A stretch of 64,000 nt of DNA, taken from Takakia lepidozioides (lineage: Eukaryota > Plantae > Bryophyta). The stretch spans positions 81,406,001-81,470,000 of the forward strand of contig CM060731.1 in NCBI GenBank assembly GCA_030704615.1, written 5' to 3'. The translations under genes were made by a program, and so were the position numbers. Positions 54,089 to 64,000 of the stretch are shown one piece after another. The first letter of the stretch is position 1. Each line of letters begins with the position of its first letter. A model generated the notes under the pieces. It did no database searches and had not been told where the DNA came from. It saw only the letters and a list, made by a program, of their open reading frames with translations.

Positions 54089-57000
54089 ATGGGGTCGGGC
54101 AAGCCAAAGCGAAAGCGGAACGGCCCAAAAGATGATGATCCTGGTGAGCCCGATGGGGGCGACGTGTCACCGAGGCGGCCGTTTGAGGAAGCGATGAATG
54201 TTTCCGAAAACGAAGCCGCTCAGGAGCGGGAGGAATCGAGGAGTCGGAGCCGAGGAATCCTTGAGAGCTCCGACAAACCAAGAGATGCCTCCCATGCCGG
54301 CAGCCTTTTGGGAAGGGTTGTTGGCGCAGTTTGGCGGGACGTTGAAAGACGTGTTGAAGGCTGCCACTTCCACTAAGGCAAAGTTTAAGGTGAAGCCTAA
54401 GGAACCCGGCACCTTCGAGGGCGTTCGAAAAATCGGAAGGCACTCAACACCTGGCTCCTGGAGCTAGAGCAGTACTTCCGGGCGGCCAAGTTGAATGACG
54501 AGGATCGGGTGGAAGTGGCTCCCACCTATTTGAGGGGCTATGCTCAACAATGGTGGCAGAAACGCCTTCACGACCGAGGCCCAAGCCCGGAAACCTTGAA
54601 CTGGAGTGGGTTCAAGGAATTGATGAAGAGACAGTTTGTGCCCCTCAACGCATCCTGGCTTGCCCGGGACAAGATGAGGAATTTGAAGCAAACAGATGAC
54701 ATTCGGGGGTATGTCCAGGCTTTCAATGTGCTGTTGCTCGAAGTCGCGGACATGGCAGAACCAGAAATGGTCTTCAACTTTGTGGCGGGACTGGCCCCAT
54801 GGGCCAGGCGGAAGTTGGAGGAGAAGCCACCCAAGACTTTGAACAAGGCAATTGAGAGGGCTGAATGTTTCTCGGATGTCCCTAGGGGTGAGAGACAAGG
54901 CCGTACGGAGCTGAACCACAAGAAGACCCGGCGGGAAGGTGACTCCTTCCGACCGGAAAAGAAGTGGGATAGGCCACGCGACGACAATGGCACGTGGAAA
55001 TCGAAGGGAGGGCCTTCACACGTCAAGGCGGCACCCGGTGCTTCGAAAGGAAAAGCGGGTGGAGCGGCTTATGGCGGACAGAAGGCAACCTTTGATGGAG
55101 TGTGTTTCAATTGCGGGGAGCCCGGGCACATGGCCAAGAAGTGCACAAAACCTCGACAATTGAACATGACTCGGGCAACCACGGAGCTGTCGGAAGATAC
55201 CATCAGTCGCTTGGTGGAAGCGGTGGTCGCCAGGACTTGCAAGGTAGGCAACTATTCTTGTGAGTTGTATCAGGAAACTGGCGCCCTGCGTAAAGGGAGT
55301 CAGTTATTGTTCGTGGATGGGATAATATCCGGAACTAACGTCGTTGTTGGTAGACACAGGAGCGTCGCACTCCTTCATGACGCCGGCGGCGGCGCGAAAG
55401 TTGGGACTCCCGACAAGTGACGTGGGGGCCTCTATTGAGGTGCGTCTGCCAAATGAGAACCTCAGTTGGCGACAAGGTTGGCATTTGATGTTCCTCTTCA
55501 ACTGGGAGTTGGGAGGGACGTGAACTTCACCATCTGCGAGATCAATGGAGTGGATCTCATTTTGGGGATGACCTTTTGAGCAAATCCGGAGCGGTCATAG
55601 ATGGCCGCAAGAGAGTAGTCATGCTGCCATGTGGGAATGGTGGCGAGGTTTTACGAGTGTCGGAAACGCCCAAATCCGTGGGAGGGCGAATAAACCTTCT
55701 GTCAGCAAAGGAGTGGGCCGTGGAGGAGGCACACGAGTCCCAGTTTTTGCTTTACATTAGAGAAGTGAAAGGAGAAGGCGATGGGGAGTCGAGCCCAGAT
55801 TGGATCAAGGGGATTTTGGAGAAATACCAGGATGTGATGCCGGAGGATTTACCAAGCGGCTTGCCACCGCGAAGAGGAGTTACCACAAGATTGAGGTGAT
55901 ACCGGGATCGGAACCGCCTGCCAAGGCGCCCTACCGGTTGAGCCACAGAGAGTTGGTCGAGCTGAAGACTCAGCTCAAGGATCTAATGTCAAAGGGGTAC
56001 ATCCGGCCGAGTAAGTCACCTTACGGAGCCCCGGTGCTATTCGCAGACAAGAAGGATGGGACGCTGCGGATGTGTGTCGATTACAGGGCTTTGAATAAGG
56101 TAACTATAAAAACGGTACCCTTTGCCAAGGATCGACGACCTTTTCGACGGTTGGCAGGAGCGAAGTATTTCAGCCGGATCGACTTGCGCTCCGGCTATCA
56201 TCAAATTCGGGTGGCGGAAGGAGATGAGGAGAAGACCGCGTGCAGGACAAGGTATGGTTCATATGAGTTCTTGGTGATGCCTTTTGGGCTCACTAATGCA
56301 CCGGCGACCTTTAGCACGCTGATGAACAGCCTTTTTCAGGAGTGGTTGGATGACTTTGTGATCGTGTACATCGACGACATCTTGGTGTACTCGAAAACAA
56401 AGGAGGAACACCTGGAGCACCTCAAAAGGGTGTTCCAAAAGTTGCGGGAAGGGAAGCTGTACGCCAAAGCTTCAAAATGCGAATTCGGGGTCACGAAAGT
56501 GGAGTTCTTAGGGCATGTGATTACACAGGATGGGATCAAAATGGATGACAGAAAGGTGAGGGCGATCTTGGACTGGGAGCCTCCGACTTCGGTCCCGGGA
56601 GTGCGATCCTTCCTAGGACTCGCCTCCTATTACCGGAAGTATGTGAGAAATTTCGCCAAGATCGTGGGGCCGCTGTCGGACCTTCTGTGTAAATCCAAAA
56701 GTCTGGGTATGGAACACATTTTGTGGCCAAGCTTTTGCTGAATTGAAGTAGCGGATGGCAGAAGCTCCAGTCTTGAAAATCCTGGAGTTCGATTGTCCAT
56801 TTGAGATTCATACAGATGCATCGGACTTCGCGATTGGGGGTGTACTTATGCAAGATGAACGTCCAGTGGCTTACGAAAGTAAGAAACTGAATGAAGTGGA
56901 GCGACGGTGGCCGACGCACGAGAAAAGAGATGAAGGCGGTGGTGCACTGTCTTGAGCTTTGGTGCCACTATATTGGTTCCAACCCAGTGAAGGTGTTCAC

Positions 57001-58497
57001 GGACAATGTCACGGTGAAGTATTTTGCCACGCAGCCCAAGTTGTCCCCAAAACAACTTAGGTGGCAAGATACTTTGGCGGGTTCGACGTGGATATCCAGT
57101 AAACCGGGACGAGACAACGTGGTAGCCGATGCTTTAAGTAGAAAGCAGCAGCTCTTGTTGGTGTACAAGGGCGAGACGGTGCTCCAAAGGAAGATCCGGA
57201 AGGCTTACCGGAAGGATGAGCTGGCGAAGTCCGTGATGCAAGACTTGAGGATGGGGGTTAAATCGCAGTTCCACTTGCAAAATGGACTGCTCCGGTATAA
57301 GCAAAAACGTCTCTACATGCCAAAGGGAGGGATCAGAGATAGATCTTGAGAGAATGCCATGATAGCCCGTTTGCGGGCCACGGCGGAGCCAAGCGCACTG
57401 CGGCACTCTTGAAGAAAGAGTATTTATGGCCCAAACTGAGGGAGGAGGCAGAGGAGTATGTCAAGACATGCACCACATGCCAACAAAACCGGAGCGAGTA
57501 CAAAAAGCAAGCGGGGCTGTTACAACCCTTGCCGATTCCAAAGGGACTTGGGAAAGCGTCTCTCGATGGATTTCATGACTGCTATGCCGCTGTCAAAAGG
57601 ATTCGATGCAATCATGGTGGTGGTGGATAGGTTCAGTAAAATGGGCCATTTCATCCCCACCAAGGAGACGGCAACGGCAGGAGACAGGGCGACTTTACTT
57701 CGCCCACGTCTTCTTAAAGCATCATGGAGTCCCGAACAATTGTCTCGGATCGCGATCCAAAGTTTACGAGTAAAATTTTGGAGGACACTTTGGAGAAGAT
57801 GGGGATGACGAGGCTGAAGATGAGCACCGCCTTCCGACCTACGACCGACGGCCAAACAGAAAGAGTGAATTCCGTAGTGAAGCAGATCTTGCGGAATACG
57901 TGTCGGCAGACCAAACAGACTGGGTGGAACGCTTAGACGCGGCAGAGTTCTGTATGAAAGGCAGGCAAATCGGAAGCGGAGGGAAGTGAAGTTTGAGGCA
58001 GGCACAGAGGTCTGGTTGAACATCAAGAATTTCCGACTACCTCCGGAAGTGAGTCCGAAGTTTGTACCTCCGTATGCGGGACCCTTTCGCATTCGGAAGG
58101 TTATGAATGAGGATGTGTGTATGAATTGGAGCTGCCGGAAAACAGCAAGGTGCACCCAGTATTCCATGTCTCCCTTTTGAAGCCTTATTTCAAAGATGAA
58201 GCACGTCCGAATCGGCATCAAGTGTTGCGTCCGCCACCTATGCTGTTGGATCATCAAAATGAACCTGAGTACGAGGTGGAGGAGGCAATACTTAAGTCGA
58301 GGAGGTTCAGGAACCGAGAAACGGAGTATCTCATCAAATGGAAGGGCTCATCATGTGGAGGCATCTTGGGGCGTGCCTCAGAAATGGGAAACGCATCCGA
58401 GGCGGTTGCAGCTTTCGAAGGGCGACCTCAAAAGCGGAAGAAGCGTTACATCAACCTTGGAGCGTGGGGGAGGAAATGCATGCTTAGCCCGGCTTAG
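54089..58497 (+). pseudogene. gag-pol polyprotein with many frameshifts
   Basis: Gag with CFNCGEPGHMAKKC; protease VDTGA (Asp codon at 55353); RT YIDD (56367-56378); RNase H TDASDFAIG; integrase ECHDSPFAGH..CTTC, SMDF, VSDRD, TDGQTERVN; GPF; chromodomain YEVEEAIL...EYLIKWKG. Confidence 0.92.
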
Positions 58498-59348
58498 CTA
58501 GCTTAGGAATCTGATTGCAAAAACTTGTATTGTACAAAACGTGCTATAAATGAAATGGCTTCCAAATGTTGTGCGTCCTATTTTGTTTGGAATGGTGATG
58601 CATGGTATGGTTGGCTAGTGTGTAGAATGCATGCTAGCTTATAAAAGTGGGAGAGGTAAATTGGGTTAATCGGTGTGTTTGCGTAGAGCCGAAATCGGGT
58701 GACCCCCATCCAAGGGGCAAGGAAACTTGCGACTTCTTTGGGAGTTCACGTGCTAGTGCGCACCTGGCGCGTGCGCGTACTATAACTGCGCTACCGAGGG
58801 GTTGCCTTGTAGTGCGGGCTAACGCGGAAGCTACGTGCTTCCGTTCACGTACTATAATCGTGTAGCCTCGGGACGAAGTCGTAGTGCGGCTTCGGCGTGT
58901 TCCCGTACTTCAGGCCAGCATTCCAAGGCGGACCCAATTGTAGTGATTGGGGCGCACGGTTGGTTCAAGGTTATCTTCCTAGTCAAAGAGGGTTCCAGGT
59001 GAACCCTTGCTCAAGGTGATGCCAAAAGCGGCATCATGAGCGGTCGCGCAAGCAATGTTGTTGCAGTAAGGCGATTCGATCCTCAAGGAGAATCGTTCCT
59101 TGGCCTTGAAGTAGGCCAAGAAGAGTGCACTGGGAGGAGCTTGAGAGGCTCCACCCTTGGCCGGGACTTGGAGGAAGTCGGGCCGAACTAGCTAGTGGAG
59201 AGTAGAGTCAAGTGTGGGGTTGGTTCTTTGCCATGGGACGCCATGATACGGAAACAAACTCCTTGATGTGGGACGCCACAACTTGGATGTTCGTTTCTAC
59301 AAAACGACAAGTCGATGAGGACATCGACTCTCTGTTGGTAGGGGTGTG

Positions 59349-60076
59349 TGTCGCGGCCCTTTGCCTTGAGGGCAGGGGGTCGGGACACATGAGGGGCTGC
59401 CTCTGTGGTGGGGGCAGCGACAGCGATAGGTATGGGGGGCTGAAGCCCTTGAGTGCCCAAGGCACTCAAGGAGGCGGAGGCACTCACTAGGTGGAGCCCC
59501 GCACACCGGGTTGCGGTGGGGGGTGGCTCCACAAGGGGGGTGGTGGTAGCTTAGCGGGACTTAGTGGGGGTGGCATAGGACTCACCATGGGGTGGAGACC
59601 TCGAGGTGGGAGTCGTGGGGAGTCTTGGGACTCATCACGGTCCATTGGGGCCGCGGTGAGTGGGCCAAGACTCACCGCGACTCACCACCGGGAATCGAGG
59701 ATCTCGTGGGCTCGCCATAAAATGGCATGGCTGGTTGTGAAACCCCCGCGGACAGCTACAGAAGTATATATAGGGAGTAGTAACCCCGAGAACGGTGCAA
59801 GCCCGTTGGTGACCAAAAACTAGTGAGTAAGCGAGCGAGCGAGCCGGAAAGCGACCAAAGAGTGGGGAGCTGTTCCGGATTGCCAACTACAAAAGGGAAT
59901 TCCCGCTGGTTCCAAAGCGGTGGAGGGTTCTTTGGGAGAACAAAGGGGGACCGTTATGCCCCGGTGAGCAGCCGAAGCTCCAAGTTGGCCCGGCGGCCAG
60001 GTTGGGAGTCAGGCGCGCGCATCAAAGCGAGTAACTATGACTTGAGGGGGAGCTTACCGAAGGGAGGTGCGCGACA
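59349..60076 (+). repeat. 3' LTR
   Basis: Homologous to the 5' LTR; preceded by purine-rich GGTAGGGG. Confidence 0.95.
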
Positions 60077-60282
60077 CGATTCATGTGGGGGCGTTTGCAG
60101 CTATTCGGCTCTCAGCCTGCTGCTGGGTCTGTCGGGCAAACATGTGTCATGCTGGGTGGGAGAGTCTGGTGGAGGGTCCACTCTGCAGTCTAGTCCACTC
60201 TGCAAGTCTGCTGGAGGGTCCACTCTACGTGCAGAGTGGATTGTGAGTCCCCTGCCCAGTCCGCTAGAGGGTCTGCCCAGTC

Positions 60283-61477
60283 TGTTACGGACATAGCCCA
60301 GATGAACTTACTAGGAGTAAATACCAGAAGTTATCAAGTTACCATGTTATCAAAAGTTACCATATGTTATAGTGATTTATCATGATCTACCATGATTTAT
60401 CATAAGTTATCAAATTATCAGGAGTTTATCAAATTACCGATAGTTGAAGCTTCATTTGGATCCATCAAGATACCTCCTTTGTTTAAGGAAACTTCTCCAT
60501 CAAAAAACTTTTGTTTAACCTTGGAAACTTCTCCATCAAGAAAACTCCATTGGGGAAGATTCGTAGGGAACTTCCTAGTAGCCAGTATATATAGGATGCG
60601 ATACTGGACACTCTTCAGTCTCGCCAACACAAGTTCAAGCTACTCTTGTTTCCAGTTCTAGTACTTCAGTTCAGCTTCCAGTACTCTAGCCCAGTTTCCA
60701 GTATCTGGGCTAGAGTAGCCCAATTACAAGCTGATCAATCTCAAGATCTTGGCAACACTCTCCACAATTTGCAACAACAAATTTCAGAGTTAAAAGAGTC
60801 GAACAATGGATCTTCAACCATACGAATCCCTACTACAATAGCTCCTACTACAACGGTTCCTCTTCAACAGATTACGAAAGAACCAAAGATCAGCATGCCC
60901 GAGAAATTTGAAGATCAAGATTTCGCGGTTTTGTTCAACAAGTATGACTGTTCCTACGACTACATCACAACGCTACCCCAATGAAGGTATTCAAGTGGGA
61001 TTCGTGGGCACCCTTCTATCAGGCATTGCCCTATCTTGGTTTGCACCGCTATGAGAAAAAAAATTGCATTTACTATATAATTTTGAATCGTGTCTGAGTT
61101 CACTGCAACATTTGGAGAGAATGATAGAGAGAGAGTTGCAGAGGCAAAGATGCGAAATCTTCGACAAGCAGCACGTCTTGCTTCCGTTTATACTGCCGAA
61201 TTTCGACAACTTGCGTGCGACCTCGACTGGAATGAGAAGAGTCTCATTAGTCAGTTTTGATGTGGGCTAAAAGAAGAAATAAAAGATTTGTTGCTAACAA
61301 TGTCAAATGTGAGTACACCGAGCGAATTCATCACCCAAGTCATTGCATGCGATAATCGTTTGTTCGAAAGACGTCAAGAGAAGCAATCTGGATGGTCGAC
61401 GACGCATCATGCCGCTGCTACTATGGCACCAAACACAACGATCCATCAGACATCCGGTAATGATCCTATGCAGATTG
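60283..61477 (+). mobile_element. Degenerate second Ty3/Gypsy element: probable LTR (TGTTAC start, TATA ~60586) plus gag remnant of Tcn1-like type
   Basis: KEPKISMPEKF, GTLLSGIALSWF, MRNLRQ...YTAEFRQLACDLDWNE, GLKEEIKD, DNRLFERRQE, DPMQI in shifting frames. Confidence 0.75.
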
Positions 61478-62170
61478 CACTACAGGAAAAGGGGGGCCTT
61501 TGCGACGCCCGAGCCACGCCGCAGCGTCGGGAAAACGCGCATTTCGGGCACGCGGCAGGCACCAAAATTTGCGACGCCCGGCCATCACCCGGCAGTCGCA
61601 TGGGCGTCACCAAAATGACATCGCAAAAATACGATGTATGGGGGTCGCGAGCCCCCGCCCCAACTCCCGCGACTGTCGGACGTCGCTTTTCGGGTCGTCC
61701 GCACCGATAGCAGGGGCCTCTTTCGAGCGATGTCTCGCCGTCGCAGCCCTCCAGCTGACGGCGTTGGTGGCGGCGACGACGCGGCGTCGCATCCCTTTTT
61801 TTTTCTAACCTGCCCGGGAGTCCCATCCTAAAACCCAAAAACATGTGGCGTAAGCCGAGTGGTATGCCAAGCGACGTTAGTGCGTCACTGCAAGCGACTA
61901 TTGGGCGTGGCAAAAAAAAAACAGCAGGAGCAAGAGTCGGGCTCCGCCACGCCCGAGCGTGGGTTTTCGCGACGCTCTAGCGTCGTTTTTTTATATTTAA
62001 TCAAAAAAAATAAAAGACGTGGCTCAGGCAGGGTGGCGGGCCTGGCGTCGCAGCTTGCGACCCCCATACCAAAAAAAACACGTCGCAGGGGGTGTTGGGC
62101 GTTGCCGCCCGCAAATGGGACCCCCGCCCAAAAAGCACTTCATCAATGGCGACGTCCTGTAGTCGCGAGG
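61478..62170. mobile_element. CACTA (En/Spm) transposon terminus with subterminal repeats, interrupting the gag remnant
   Basis: CACTACAGGAAAA starts immediately after the DPMQI codons and is followed by many GCGACGCC/GCGTCGC motifs in both orientations. The other end was not found in the window. Confidence 0.8.
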
Positions 62171-62724
62171 GCAGCCTGGTTGGGGGGGGGGGGGGGTTGG
62201 GGGGTTGATTTTGGTGGTGAATTGGGGGGGGGTTTTTTTTTTGTCTGGTTTTGTTTTTGGGGATGGGAGACCTTACAGCTTCCATTTTCTTGATTTAGCA
62301 GGTACACAATTGAGCAAGCATGAATCGAGGGTGAGGACGGTGCGACACATGAATAAGATGGAAGATGGAAAGATGGAAATATATTTACAGGAAATGAGCT
62401 GAAAAGCTCACAAAGGTTCAGTAGGCTGACCCTGGGACCTACATGGACTAGGACTATTCATCCTCATCCTCATCCTTTGTGGAGGACTCAGAGCTATCCG
62501 ACGAGCCTGATGACTTCGCGGCCTTTGCCAGAGCACCTAAATGAGGCGGCGTTCAACCTTACGCGACGTAAGGTGCTTCCCTCTCCTCGAAAAGAGAGGG
62601 GAAAATCCCCAAAAATCCTGCCTTGTAAGGCGCCATCCTCTCTAACTAAAAAATCATGGCCGGGTCTTTACGCTAGCCTGATAGCCTCGGTTAATGAGGC
62701 GTATTTTTTATGCTTTGTGTTGAG

Positions 62725-62904
62725 GGCTTGTGCTGGTATTGGGGGGTCATGGTATTGTGGCTGGTATGAAAAAACTGATACCAGTCTGGTCATGGTATAT
62801 GACCAAGTATTCTCCCAAATTATACCAGACTGGTGTGGTATCTAATACCAGTGCATATACCTGTGCACATACTAGGCAATATCCTATATACCGGTACAGC
62901 ACTG
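62725..62904. mobile_element. Partial hAT MITE related to 14979-15649
   Basis: End TATACCGGTACAGCACTG resembles the TIR of the 14979 element; ATACC/GGTAT-rich interior. Confidence 0.55.
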
Positions 62905-63397
62905 GTTGAGACCTGAGGGTGATCCTACTAGCATGTGATGGAATGTCATTTGGCTAGGAATTAAGCAAACTGATCAGTCAGTCAGTCAGCTGAATTAGTT
63001 TGAATGGCTTGCTTCTCTTCCCTCCCTGCTTTGTCCTTTCCCATTTTGGGGTTTTTCTCTCCTATGTTCAAATACCTCATGTTTCCTGTGAATTTATTTT
63101 AGTTATGGGATAGTAGCTTCTCTATTTTAAGCCTTCACCCCCTGAAAAGGGGCATTACGCTAGCTTCGGCTGGCGTCGTATATATATATATGCATGCCCA
63201 ACATATCATGAATCATGTACAAGTGCCTAAACAATTGTCGATGTCTACTACGATGATTTTTGTCTCAATGAGTGCATCCCACGATACCTATGCACCCCCC
63301 CCCCCCCCCCCCTCCCCAACAATTAGTGAATTACACACATACGTTGCATCGAATCCACCTCATTAATGCGCATGCGACAAATGGAAGGTGAAATGAT

Positions 63398-63985
63398 TCA
63401 GGATTTGCCAACCTGTATAATTCCATAAGGTGGTTTGGGTATGGCCCTCTTTTCCATTGCCCTCCGAATGATCTGTCTGGCACGGTACCTCATGTCCTTC
63501 AGGTTTCGCCCCACCATCTCCATCACCCTTGTGTCACTCCAATTGCCCGAAAACCGGCAGTCTAACTCGCAATGAGGTGGTTCACCTCCACCGGTGGCAC
63601 CACGATCTTTGCCAAATCCACGTCCTGTATCGCCAAGGCCATGTTCTTCTTCCCACCCTCTCCCTTCTTTGTAGTCTCTTTCCCCTGATCCTTTGTTACC
63701 CCATTGCCCTCCCCCGCATGCACACTTATCCCTTCCTCTCCATGGGACTTCTTCTTCTTCTTCTTTTCCTTCCCCTTCTCCACGACCATCTCCATCCCCT
63801 TCCCCGCTACTCCCTCTCTCTCCTTCTCCCTCTCCTTTCTCTCTCTCTCTCTCCTCGGCAGCCCCTTCATTGATGGTAAAAGGGATCTCGGGAGGTCGAG
63901 GCCTCTTCTTCTTACCTTTGGTGTTCGGGTCCTTCATGAATACCACGTGCTCTCCCTCATTGGCAACCCCACCGGACTGCACCAA
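63398..63985 (-). CDS. Partial ORF/exon, possibly a CACTA accessory (TnpA-like) protein
   Basis: 195-aa ORF with acidic and basic stretches lying inward of the CACTA terminus; no diagnostic motif recognised. Confidence 0.3.
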   Translation of the reverse strand: MVQSGGVANEGEHVVFMKDPNTKGKKKRPRPPEIPFTINEGAAEEREREKGEGEGERGSSGEGDGDGRGEGEGKEEEEEVPWRGRDKCACGGGQWGNKGSGERDYKEGRGWEEEHGLGDTGRGFGKDRGATGGGEPPHCELDCRFSGNWSDTRVMEMVGRNLKDMRYRARQIIRRAMEKRAIPKPPYGIIQVGKS

Positions 63986-64000
63986 TGAGGCCAGCCATGT

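Larger units (their letters stand above)
53308..60076 (+). mobile_element. Full-length chromodomain-bearing Ty3/Gypsy LTR retrotransposon (chromovirus)
   Basis: LTRs 53308-54033 and 59349-60076 with TGTCGCG...CGCGACA termini. 5-bp TSD CGATT (53303-53307, 60077-60081). tRNA-iMet PBS. Order gag-PR-RT-RH-IN-chromodomain. Confidence 0.97.

Overview
Eukaryotic, intron-containing plant genomic DNA. The gene and transposon content suggests a non-seed land plant or other streptophyte, but this is inference. Four intact spliced host genes were reconstructed by eye from GT-AG junctions: ABCI20-type ABC ATPase (+, 8041-11339), RPL22 (-, 36988-37938), a COP10/UBE2E-type E2 that keeps its catalytic Cys (-, 38599-41750) and asparagine synthetase (-, 43295-48235). 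The window also has a frameshifted DUF4470-like gene and a long Cys/Pro/Ser-rich orphan ORF split by a 2-nt frameshift. Transposons include a full-length chromodomain Ty3/Gypsy element with LTRs, PBS and TSD (53308-60076), a second gag fragment cut by a CACTA end, hAT and Tourist MITEs with TSDs, and LINE/SINE fragments. The stand-out feature is a decayed Ty3/Gypsy element (~18850-24700) carrying a complete C5 cytosine DNA methyltransferase domain (motifs I-X, catalytic PCQ intact) inside its polyprotein, between protease and reverse transcriptase. All calls are by eye, with no database searches.
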